A DNA stretch of 63,907 nt, the filler included, from Octopus bimaculoides (lineage: Eukaryota), in the NCBI RefSeq assembly GCF_001194135.2. It is 6 parts of 6 records of this genome, joined end to end, with 100 filler letters (N's around TTAATTAATTAA, not from the genome) between each part and the next. Parts side by side here need not be neighbours in the genome. Positions count along the whole stretch, not along the records: positions 1 to 13,032 come from NC_068987.1; positions 13,133 to 40,821 come from NC_069001.1; 4 more parts are not named here. The stretch is one strand, 5' to 3'. The translations under genes and the position numbers were made by a program. Below the pieces are notes generated by a model. That model was not told the DNA's origin. It ran no database searches and saw only the letters and a program-made list of their open reading frames with translations. Below, piece by piece: positions 12,211 to 23,150 of the stretch. Within the stretch, counting starts at the first letter, position 1; each line of letters begins with the position of its first letter.

Positions 12211-12968
12211 ATCAGGAAGAACGGTACATCTGGTAGCATAGTATGTCCCAAAATATGTTTAAGGCTGGCAAGCCGAAGCGAAATCAAAGATTTGTTTGGG
12301 TATAGTACAAAAATACAACAAATATGTTAGCAAAGATGGCGGTACTTAGTCGTAGACGACGCCTCATAGAAAGAAGCAATCAAATCACCCTATCATATGA
12401 TTGTTGTTTTATGCTACAACAAGGAAGATCTCTTCAATAAAACTAACGTAAGTTGAACGAATAAACCTAGATTGAAGGGTTTTCAGCGATAACTGTTCCG
12501 CTTTTCGGAGACCACATTCAGGTCTTTCATAGCAGTTTTATAGGGCCCCAGTAAATCAATACATTGGGTCCTATAGAATTTGTTTGTTGACAGCGAACCG
12601 TATAGATCAGAATTGGACCCCTGCACCCGTGAGGCTCTCGGACAACTACATTGTACTAACCATATTGTCCAACGTATCTGTTTTTTTTTTCTAATGCAGT
12701 TGTGCGATTTATGAGAGACTTAGCTGTTGTTTCTACCAGATCGGTCAATCGACATAGAAGTTCTCTCATTTGTTCCATTGTTGTCAGCGCACATAGTAAT
12801 ATGGAAAAGAAGGATCAGGTGCCAGAGAAAGACGTTAGGGGAAAAAATAAAGTTAAAAGAAACAAGTCTATTGAAGTCTTATTAAGAGATATTTGATCGT
12901 ATTGACGATAATCCACTGATGATTTCTGACTGGTTTGAAGTTTTCTAAATATTCAGCTGTGTTTACTC

Positions 12969-13032
<64 letters not shown>

Positions 13033-13076
13033 NNNNNNNNNNNNNNNNNNNNNNNNNNNNNNNNNNNNNNNNNNNN

Positions 13077-13088
13077 TTAATTAATTAA
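13077..13088. other. Artificial six-frame-stop spacer TTAATTAATTAA inside a 100-bp N gap (also 40866-40877, 50941-50952, 55530-55541, 62723-62734)
   Basis: An identical 12-mer centred in N runs five times. At 13 kb it is 44 N + 12 + 44 N. Confidence 0.9.
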
Positions 13089-13132
13089 NNNNNNNNNNNN
13101 NNNNNNNNNNNNNNNNNNNNNNNNNNNNNNNN

Positions 13133-13175
<43 letters not shown>

Positions 13176-13584
13176 GTGTATATATATATATATATATTAT
13201 GTACATATAGGAGTCATATTTCCTTATGCAACAGTTTATCCATCGCACTTACAAAATTATTTTTATATATTAATTATGTAATAATATGGATGGTGACACT
13301 TACTTTAACCATCGAAACAGCTATAGAACTGACTATAAGATTACAAAACATCTGTAGAATGTAGGATGAAATTATGGAACCTCTGTAAAATTGTTGCTTT
13401 TTATTATTTCAAATATGCTGCTCTGAATATTTGTTTTAGCCAAATTATGCACATATGCAAATTTATTCCACTTATGACTTTTGCATTGTAATAAAAAAAG
13501 GTTAAAATTATACTAATTGAGATTTTAAATTTAGCTGATATAATTAATAGTGATATTGTTTAAAAACTAATTATATATATATCA

Positions 13585-13800
13585 TCATCATCATCATTGT
13601 CATCATCTTTTAATGTCCATATTCCATGCTGGCATCTGTTGGACAGTTTGACCGTATCCAATAAGCCCAAAGACTGCTCCAGTGCCTGCTTTGACATGGT
13701 TCCTACAGCTGTATGCCCTTCCTAATGCCAGCCAATTTAAATTATGCACTGGGTGCTTTTCTTATGCCACCAGCACTATTTAGGTCACCCTATCACTTGC
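13585..13800 (-). mobile_element. RTE-associated 3' tail element ending in (GAT)n
   Basis: Diverged reverse complement of the ...GTCAAA.CGTCCAACCCATGC.AGCATGGAA.GCGGAC.TTAAA.GATGATGAT terminus. Another copy lies at 35885-36225 (minus). Confidence 0.55.
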
Positions 13801-14479
13801 CACTCTGAGAGAGTGGGGTGGCTTTATACTAGGGGATGAGGGGTTAAAGTATGAGAGAACATAGAGGGAGAGCAGGTTCTTGTTGTAGAGGAGCTTCATG
13901 GCTACTCACATTTAGAAGAGAGTGTGAGAATGGAACAGTAGGAGTTGCAAAAAGAGAGATAGTGGTGTGGAAGTGGGTAGATAGCATTTTCAAGAGTGTA
14001 AGGGAAGTGGGGAATGGGGGGGCAGTAGAACTGAGGTAAGGCAAGAAGTAACTGTAAAAATTGGGTTGAGTTATATATATATATTATCTATTCTATAATG
14101 GAGAAAGGTTCTTATTAATTAGGTATGTAATTACTAAAAGTACTACAGGAAAGCAATTATAAAAAGGTTCACCATCTGGAAATATTTTTATAAATTCATG
14201 CTCTAAGAAATTTCCTGTAATTTCAAATTCTCAAGTTTATTGAATTTTTTTAACTCCAATTTCTTGCAAATTTAGATATTCATGATGTTTATTAAAAAAA
14301 TAAAGATTATGACTCTGATAAAATAATGAAAGCAATATTTACTAAGGAAATGAGCACTATAATACAAAGAAATAATTAGATGTAAAATATAGAAATTATT
14401 AAAATTGGGAATCAAATGTGAAAATATTAATAAGGGTTAGCGGAAAACCATCCATAAGGCAGTCTTTCTGCTAGTATTA

Positions 14480-14730
14480 ATAAATGAAAAAAGAACAGAA
14501 GTTACATACTCATGTTAATTGGCTTACAGCTGTTATGACTATGAGGAAACTGTCCACTCGGAGGTGAGCGGTGTGTAACCATTCATAGCTTCGTCAAAAC
14601 ACTGTAATGTTCTGATGAACCTATGAGGTTTCACACTATTACTCACTTTTGGCTGCGCTGGTTTTTATAGCTGGAACAGCTGTAAGCCAATGGATGTGAT
14701 TATGTATAACCTGTTTTTTAGTCATAACTA
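14480..14730. repeat. Inverted repeat carrying two decayed head-to-head hammerheads with an expanded stem II
   Basis: Perfect 16-bp IR TTGGCTTACAGCTGTT (14519-14534) / AACAGCTGTAAGCCAA (14675-14690). Cores are CTGATGA at 14612 (+) and TTGACGA at 14591-14597 (-). Confidence 0.55.
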
Positions 14731-14829
14731 ATGTTATGTTCTGCATTTATTTAGTGGTTTACATAAAATTCCAGAGTGGATACCTATGAATTCACAGTAC
14801 TTTGTAGAATACCCTGCATTATAAGAACA

Positions 14830-14874
<45 letters not shown>

Positions 14875-14876
<2 letters not shown>

Positions 14877-15558
14877 TAAACAACCAGAAACACATAATGA
14901 AGAAAAATATAGTAACTGCAGAATATGTGGTGATGGAGAAGAAATAATAAATCTCTTGTGGTTCGGTCCTGGCTAAGAAGTAATATATCCACAGACACAA
15001 AAGAGTTGGGACATATATACCACATTCCTTAGTGAAGCTATGCCAACAATAAGGAATGATAACAGAAAAAAGATGGTATAGGTATGCCCCAGAAAAGGCT
15101 TCAGAAAATGACAAAGTAACCATGTTCTGGGATATGACAATACATGCAGATAGAGAAATCAAGGCTAATGGACTGGATATAGTTGTCAGAGATCACTAAG
15201 AAAAAAAAAGCCTTCTAATCGATGTATCGATCCCAACAGATGACAGTGTATCTTTAAAAGAATTGGAGAGAGAGATAACCTGAATGTGGAGCCTAAAAAC
15301 AGAAACAGTCCCTATAATAATAAATGCATTACATATGATTAAAAAACACGCAGACCAAAACACCAGGAATTACGAATATATATAACATGCAGAAAATAGC
15401 TCTACTAGGATTCACACACTTCCTATGTAAAGCACTTTCAATACAGTGAAAATAACAGCACAAAAACAAACCACAGCACATACCCAAGGCACACAGAGCT
15501 GTGCTTGTTAGTGCAGTGAAAGCACGTGATAAAAATAAGACTGCTGGATAATAATAAT
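14875..15558 (+). mobile_element. 5'-truncated R4/Dong-clade LINE (CCHC knuckle plus RLE domain) flanked by (AAT)n
   Basis: CRICGDGEEIIN.; ENDKVTMFWDMTIHADREIKANGLDIVVRD; LLIDVSIPTD; MWSLKTETVPIII; MQKIALLG. About (AAT)13 upstream and (AAT)3 downstream. Confidence 0.8.
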
Positions 15559-15559
15559 T

Positions 15560-16450
15560 TCAACTATAGGTACAAGGCATGAAATTGGGTGTGTGGGGGT
15601 AGGTGGAGTCAGTTACATTGACCCCAGTGATTGACTGGTACTTATTTCAGCAACCCCAAAAGGATGAAAGCAAAGTTGACCTCAGAAGAATTTGAACTCA
15701 GAATGTACAGACAAAATGGTCCTAAGCATTTTATGTGGCATACAAATGATTCTGCCTGTTAGCCACCTTAATAATTACAATTGTATACTGTCAGACACTA
15801 ATAATGTTAATAATATTCATAAGGGTTACCCTTGTGACATGTGCAATAGAAATAAGATTTTTGACATGAGCCACATCACTATTTCGCACAAATGGCATAA
15901 ATGAAATAAAAATAGAAATAAATGTCAACTGACAGATAAGGCTCATAACAGTATTTTACTTATGCCACTAACAACAACAACGATGATGATGATGATGATG
16001 ATTTCAAATTCTGGCACAAGGCCAGAAATTTCGAGGTAAGGAGTAAGTTGCCTACAGGGACCCCTGTGTTCAACTGATAGATATTTTATTGACCCCAAAA
16101 GGATGAAAGGAAAAGTCGACCTTGGCAGAATTTGAACTCAGAATGTAAAGATGGGCAAAATGCTGCTCAGATTTTCATCCGGCATGCTAACTATTCTGCC
16201 AGCTCATCACCTTAGTAATTATAATAATATTAATAAGGATTTCAGATTCTGGCACAAGGCCAGCAGGTTTGGGTTGGGGTAAGTCAATTACATCGACCCC
16301 AGAGTTCAGCTGGTGCTTATTTTATCAACCTGGAAAGGATGAAAGGCAAAGCTGGCCCCAGCAGAATTTGAACTCAGAATGTAAAGACAGATGAGATTCC
16401 ACTGAGCATTTTGCCTGGTATGAATGATAAGGATTCTGCCAGCTTGCCAA
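15560..16450 (-). mobile_element. Three tandem family B SINEs (about 15560-15780, 16000-16215, 16235-16450)
   Basis: Each has GGATGAAAG..AAAG..GACC...GCAGAATTTGAACTCAGAATGTA and the TTTCA.ATTCTGGCACAAGGCC tail. They are separated by (AAT)/(GAT) tracts. Confidence 0.8.
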
Positions 16451-16589
16451 GTTAATAATAACAACAACAAGCAGAATATGATAATGATAATGATTAATAA
16501 CCAAGTAACTGTAGTTAACCAACATAATATGAATATGCAAGATAACCATAATAACGAAATTGCTTAAAAATCCTGTTGTATCTAATCAG

Positions 16590-17680
16590 AATAAATTTAG
16601 AAATAAAAATAAACTGCTTAAAATTATTTCGTAGTTCCATCTAAACATTGCTTCAAATGTGGCTCATAAATTTTTCTAAGCTTTAGAAAAACACTTCCCT
16701 AAATCCAGCCCCTATCATAAAATTTTCAATAGACAGATAATTAAATTTGTTCACTCTACTATGCCAAATATTGCTGAATATACAGCAGGGTTTAACCATG
16801 GTAACATAAGCTATAACTACTGACTCTCCATGTAATAACACCACTCTTAGCTATTTAAATAACTGTAATACCATATCTAATGCAAATAGTCTATGTATAG
16901 CTGCACATAACTCTGATAATAGAACTATTAATGATAGTTGAGCTGGGAACATTATACTTACCTATAAGACTAACCTGCCATAATAAATCATTTTGTCTGA
17001 TTAATAACTGGTGCCTTAAGAAAAACATAGTGTATAAGTTCTCTATCGCTGCACTTGGAAAAGAGCATGTTTATGTCCTTTGACTTTTTCTTCATTCAAA
17101 CTTTGCTGGCATAATCACAATTCTACATTTAGACATAAAGATAACACTAAAAATATGTCTCTTGCTAAATTTGTACATTCTCTCACTGATAATAACATTC
17201 AATATAAAATTGCTTGGTTCATCGTACGTAATGCACAGCTATATAAAGGTAGCAGGGACTGGAGTAGTCTCTGTGTATCTGAGACAGTCCATATTAGTAG
17301 ACTTAAATCAAATATTATAAATTAACATGATGAATTGATCATAAGATGCCACCTTAAGAACAAGTCATTCCTGAAACCCACTTATCAGACCTACACAAAT
17401 AAACTTCCTGACTCTGATCAATATACATAACTACTTTCTATCCAATAATGATCTTAATTCAGTTTCCCCTTTGTAATAGATAATGTTTAAAACCTTATTC
17501 TGACATTCTGCTATTCGGTAATACTTCATCTATTTTAGAATTCCAGTCTCACATATCCATACATTTTATGCCTTAACTATTCTTTTTAAGTATTACTAAA
17601 GCTGTCACTCTGTGATGGCTGCCTTCGTTCTGTAATTCTACACTTCTGAACTTCCTTACCATCACTTATGATTGTTTTAG
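16590..17680 (+). mobile_element. Penelope-like element remnant 1 (post-RT region plus GIY-YIG C-terminal part)
   Basis: KFF*ALEKHFPKSSPYHKIFNRQIIKFVHSTMPNIA; FKLCWHNHNSTFRH..SLAKFVHSL..YKIAW.IV..LCVSE; HDELI-RCHLKNK. Confidence 0.7.
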
Positions 17681-17689
17681 TCTTAAATA

Positions 17690-18505
17690 TTGTTTATTCA
17701 CTCATTCAAAGTACTTTTAATTATCCCTTCAGCTTCCTGTAACTCCCTTCTATTTTTGATCTTGGGTTTCTTTTGGTGTATAAGGAAGGCCTCAGAGATT
17801 CTAAGGTTGCCCCTGTTCTGCTGTGTTGCCTTGATGTGCACTGTGAATTCCCGTGTCTGGCATTTCCGTAGATGTTTCTTCACGGAAGTGTCTGCCTGCA
17901 TGTGTTCCTTAATGCGTATATGCAGTTTTCATGTCGTGCTTCTGTTGTAGGATGCGCCACATTTGCCACAGATGATCTCGTATACAACATAGGTCCTCTG
18001 GTACAATTCAGGGTCATTGATGGGGCAGTTCAATAATGTGCACTCCTCGGATTAGTGATAGGTGTTGTTCTTGGACAGAGCTTTTCTCAGGGAAGGGCTA
18101 GTGTGCACTATTTGTATGTCGAGTCCTTCCTTGTAGACTGCATGTTGTATCGCTGCAGTAGTTCTGTCATCAAAGTGTGGCAGCTTTAAGAAGCACATGC
18201 CAGACTTGGGTGTATGCTGGTTCTTCTGGGGTTTATTGACCTTGATGTACTTCAGGTGCCGTTGTTTAGCTAAAGATGGTGGGTAGCCATTCAGAGTTAG
18301 GTCTCTGAGGAACTGTTTGGTGTTGATGGTTTTGTTGGTCACATTGCTGCAACTGTTGTTTATACATGCAATCTCGTTTCTCATGTATGTGGCTTTGGTG
18401 AGCAAGCGTGATTGGTAGTGGATGAAAAGTTTTCTATTAGCAGCTTTTCTGTAGAATTTGGTAAGTTGGGGCATTCCTCTGTGATCCTGAGTTGGAAGTC
18501 GAGTA
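17690..18505 (-). mobile_element. Penelope-like element remnant 2 (RT C-terminus plus GIY-YIG)
   Basis: FYRKAANRKLFIHYQS..MRNEIACINNSCS..LTLNGYPP; VVYEIICGKCGASYNRSTT; LRISEAFLIHQKKPKIKNRREL. Confidence 0.8.
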
Positions 18506-18680
18506 GAATCTTTGAGGCCATCTTCATACACCAAGAGAAACCTAAGATCAACAATAGAAAAGAGTTACATGAAGCTAGCTGGTTGCTATAGCAACACCTC
18601 TCCACACATGCTCACACACACGCACATCGACAACAATCGTCAATTTCTTGAAAATGGAGTCATAACCCTGAAATTTTGAA
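18505..18680 (+). mobile_element. Inverted copy of the PLE-2 3' end (pseudo-LTR)
   Basis: 18506-18580 aligns to the reverse complement of 17730-17808 (AGAATCT.TGAGGCC.TC.T.ATACACCAA.AGAAACC.AAGATCAA.AATAGAA..GAGTTACA.GAAGCT). Confidence 0.75.
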
Positions 18681-18834
18681 TACAAGATAAGTCTACATTA
18701 ATTCTCGTATTTGTTTTCTTGTGATTTGCCTTGCATTTACTTCACATTGATTTGGCCTCACCCACAATCCTTTATACAATATACTCTATACAAAGCTTCA
18801 TAGTAATTATTCCATTATAATATTGCCAAATTAG

Positions 18835-18945
18835 ATTGGAGCCTGGTGTTGCCATCCGGTTTCACCGGTCCTCAGTCAAATCGTCCAACCTATGCTAGCA
18901 TGGAAGGCGGACGTTAAACGATGATGATGATGATGACGATGATAT
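18835..18945 (+). mobile_element. RTE-associated 3' tail, about 100 bp, with (GAT)n
   Basis: GAGCCTGGTGTTGCCATCCGGTTTCACC.GTCCTCAGTCAAATCGTCCAACC.ATGCTAGCATGGAA.GCGGACGTTAAACGATGATG. A near-identical copy lies at 26305-26405. Confidence 0.65.
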
Positions 18946-18965
18946 ATATATATATATGTATGTAT

Positions 18966-19027
<62 letters not shown>

Positions 19028-19097
19028 TTATATGTATATATATGTATATATATATATATTTCTACCATATTAAATGTCCACTTTACTGGTCAACTTC

Positions 19098-19145
<48 letters not shown>

Positions 19146-21789
19146 AAAAGTAAGATAAACACAAGTATAATGTATAAGTTCATATGTACTTTTCACCATT
19201 GTAGTTATTTGCCACTCAGCATTGGATATTTCAAGTGCATTTAGATGTGTAACTACAATTGATCATCAGAGGAACGCTTTATTACATTTCTGTTACAGAG
19301 ATCTAAAAGTAATAATAATAATAATAATAACAACATAACAAATAGTAATAATAATGTATTTAAATATCAATAATAATGTTACAATAATAAAAAGTACAAA
19401 AATATATCATTAATAATAATGATGATGATGATATTAAGTATATATACAAACACTCACACGCACACACACATGACATGTATATATGTATATATATGATTAT
19501 CCAAAAATTCTGTGTTCTTAAGGTGAGAGAATTGGCATAATGATTTCCCCACCCCCTAAGATACGACAAAATCTGTTTCAACACACTCGTCCACATTAAG
19601 AATATTGCAAACCAAATTCAAAAATGTTATATTAGAAAATTATCAAAGAATTTTATGTAAAATACTGATATAAAATATGAATTCATAATGGATACTTTCC
19701 GATAACTTTGATATTTGTGAGTCTGTCTCTCTCCTTTAAGATATTGAAATGTTCACAACAACCTTTTTCTATCAGCATTTTCCTCTGCACTTTACACAAT
19801 AAAGGGACAGAATACATGTTTTTATTATTTCCTGACCATGTGTGAATATGTGTTTGAAGAAATGTGATGGGGGTGGAATAGAATATCTGAAGCAAGAGAA
19901 GAGACAACCAAGGATGGAGATTGCAAACCGATATACAATGTAGAGAAGATTAAAGATTGGGGAGAGAGAGAGAGAAAGAAGAAAAGAGAAAGTGTTTGTA
20001 AAGGAGACTCAACAAGTGCAAGAAATGCTGAGATATAAAATGTTTTGGACTTCAAGATGGCACCTTCTGATACTAAAAAAGAAACTTGCTCAAAGAATCT
20101 CGGAAGCATTTGTGCTTAAAATGGAAATATATGAAGTGGTTAAAAATATTGGAAAGAGAGAGAGACAAAGAGACAGAAGGTAAAGAGAGAAAAAGATAGA
20201 GGGAAAGGCAGAGGAGTAGAGAAAGGGGAGATGGAGAGAGAGAGAGAGAGAAGATTTACAATAGGCACGTGAGATTACAGTGTTTGCTTTATGAAAAATT
20301 CTACAAAAGAGTAGGTACTTTCATGTAAGTTTATGGAAGAGAGAGAGATCAAAAGTATCATTGAAAAGTGCATGTGTGTGTGAGGGTGTGTGTGTATAGG
20401 GTTACTTCAGGAAAAACACTCAGCTGCAAAATGAGAATTCCCGAAAAGAAGTTGCTTAAAATATGTAATATGCATGTGCACACACACACACACACACATA
20501 TGAAATTATTTGCAGAATCCAATAGAATCGAGGTACTTAAATAATAAGTACATCAAGGTAGAGTCAAAGACAGCATAAAAGAAAATTTTTTTTTTTCTAA
20601 CATGATGCAAAAATTTATTCATCAATAAAAAACATGTTCTTAAGTATTGAACCTGGAAAATTATAGGACACCTGGTAATTAAGCCTTAAAAAGTATAGGA
20701 CAAAGAGTGAAAACTTTAAATTTTGCTGCCAAAGTTAAACTTTGTTAAATAAACTTCAGAAATTGTTCGTCAAATAGTGTGTGCAAGCTTTGATTTTGTT
20801 TTGTGTTTTTGTTCTTTTTCTTTGCAAATTTTTAAAAATTTAATACTTTTGAGTTAAAAATTTCTTTGTATTAAGCTAAAACATTTCTGTTTTATTTGTA
20901 ATATATTATCGTTTTAATTTCATTTTCTTATCAAAACTCATTAGTGATTGAACTCATGTGGTATAAATCTAATTCGAAAATAAGGTTAGACATAACAAAA
21001 AACAAAAGAAGCAGGAGAATTAATTTCTTCAAAGTTTGCAGTATCAGATAACAAAGTATTTTCTATTTACAGTCAAAAGTATATTTGAAAAACTGAAAGC
21101 TAATGAACAAATTGAGTGCAAAATGTAGAAATTACTCCTTTTTAAAAAAAAAATTAAAGCTTATAATACATTGTCAATTTTGCTTAAATTGCTATTAAGT
21201 AAATTTTTAAATATATAAAACACTAATTTGTCATTAAATTCTTAATGTGTAAACTTGCAGGCAATTAGTCTTTTCACTAAAATTGAAAATAAATAGCTTC
21301 TTGATTATTCTAATTCAAATGTTTATGTAATAACAAGAAAATATAAAAGGGCATTTATTACTCTATTAGTTTTTAAATTCTAACTCTTCCGGCAATACTT
21401 TTTTTCCTTCTTGTCTTTTACTTTTCCAGGCATCATTTTGTCTTGTACTTTTCTAGGCTTAATTACTGCATGTCCTGTACTTTTCCAGGTTCAATATTTA
21501 AAATATTCTAGCACTCTGTGTGCTTGCATTTTTCATTCTTCCCCACTTTTTTTTCCAGGTAATGCTTCTATTATTATAATTAATTATATTCACCTTTATA
21601 TGTTTCATTCCAGTAATACTAAAATTAAAACAGAAATGTTTTAGCTTAATGCAAAGAAATTTTTCAATCAAAAACGTAAACATGAATTTTAAAAATTTGC
21701 AATAAAAAGTTTTAAAAATATAGTGACACATCTGCCTGAATTGATAATACATCACTATTAGCTGGGTTGTATGTGTGTGTGTGTATGCA

Positions 21790-21869
<80 letters not shown>

Positions 21870-21991
21870 TTAGAACACCTACAATACTAGAAATAAGAGC
21901 TAAAGTTTTCTGATGCTACAGTAAATGCACATAATTGTATACATGCATACTGACAATGACCATAAATGGCTGAAAGTGGCAGTCATGATAT

Positions 21992-22043
21992 CCTTGTACT
22001 GTCAATGGTTTTGGCTTTAAGACTGAAGCACTCATCAGCAGGG
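21992..22043 (-). ncRNA. Type I hammerhead copy 1 (decayed: G12A, stem III damaged)
   Basis: CCCTG-CTGATGA-GTGCTT-cagtctta-AAGCC-AAAA-CCATTGACA-GTA-CAAGG. Confidence 0.65.
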
Positions 22044-22345
22044 TCAGCTCAACTCACCAGTTTCTGGACAAGATTGCCAGCAGTATATATGTCTACTCCA
22101 TTGAAATCTATGGATGATTTAGTGAATTGCTAATGTGTATACAAATAATTAAATTAGGCAGCTGTTTAGCAATGTATCATCAAAAAGGAAAACTATATTT
22201 CTCATTAAATATGACAAAGGGTGTCAGAACAGCTACAATGCTAGAAATAAGAGCTAAAATGTTCTGATTCTGCAGTCAATGCACATAATTGTATACATAC
22301 ATACTAACAGAGACAGTAAATGGCCAAAAGTGGAAGTCATGATAT

Positions 22346-22396
22346 CCCTGTACCATCGATGGTTTGGGCTTTAAGACTGAAGCCCCATCAGAAAAG
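22346..22396 (-). ncRNA. Type I hammerhead copy 2 (decayed core, intact 12-nt palindromic stem III)
   Basis: TTTT-CTGATG-GGGCTT-cagtctta-AAGCC-CAAA-CCATCGATG-GTA-CAGGG. Confidence 0.65.
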
Positions 22397-22947
22397 TCAG
22401 TCAGTATGTATGTATACAATTACGTGTGATGAATGCAGCATCAAAGTGCTTTAGCTCTTATTTCTAGCATTGTAGGTGTTCCAACACCTTCTGTTATATT
22501 TAATGACAATTATAGTTTTCCTTTTTGGTGATACATTGCTCAACAGCTGCCTAATTTACTTATATATATGTATATATATANNNNNNNNNNNNNNNNNNNN
22601 NNNNNNNNNNNNNNNNNNNNNNNNNNNNNNNNNNNNNNNNNNNNNNNNNNNNNNNNNNNNNNNNNNNNNNNNNNNNNNNNNNNNNNNNNNNNNNNNNNNN
22701 NNNNNNNNNNNNNNNNNNNNNNNNNNNNNNNNNNNNNNNNNNNNNNNNNNNNNNNNNNNNNNNNNNNNNNNNNNNNNNNNNNNNNNNNNNNNNNNNNNNN
22801 NNNNNNNNNNNNNNNNNNNNNNNNNNNNNNNNNNNNNNNNNNNNNNNNNNNNNNNNNNNNNNNNNNNNNNNNNNNNNNNNNNNNNNNNNNNNNNNNNNNN
22901 NNNNNNNNNNNNNNNNNNNNNNNNNNNNNNNNNNNNNNNNNNNNNNG

Positions 22948-23150
22948 TGTGTGTGTGTGTGCTTGTTCCCCCCCAACATCGCTTGACAACCGATGTTGGT
23001 GTGTTTACATCCCCGTAACCTAGCGGTTCGGCAAAAGAGACCGATAGAATAAGTACTAGGCTTACAAAGAATAAGTCCTAGGGTCAATTTGCTTGACTAA
23101 AGGTGGTACTCCAGCATGGCCACAGTCAAATGACTGAAGCAAGTAAAAGA
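22948..23150 (+). mobile_element. Family A SINE 3' half
   Basis: CCCCAACATCGCTTGACAACCGATG.TGGTGTGTTTAC...GACTGAAGCAAGTAAAAGAG. Confidence 0.8.

Larger units (their letters stand above)
21866..22558 (-). mobile_element. Hammerhead-bearing repeat: 1.5 tandem 354-nt units plus an inverted partial unit (retrozyme/pLTR-like)
   Basis: 21866-22050 aligns to 22220-22400 (AAC..CTACAAT.CTAGAAATAAGAGCTAAA...GTCATGATATCC.TGTAC..TC.ATGGTTT.GGCTTTAAGACTGAAGC). 22403-22558 is the reverse complement of 22152-22305. Confidence 0.75.

Noticed and set aside
19683-20183. Overlapping short ORFs in unique AT-rich DNA
   Set aside because: No motif match and weak splice signals.
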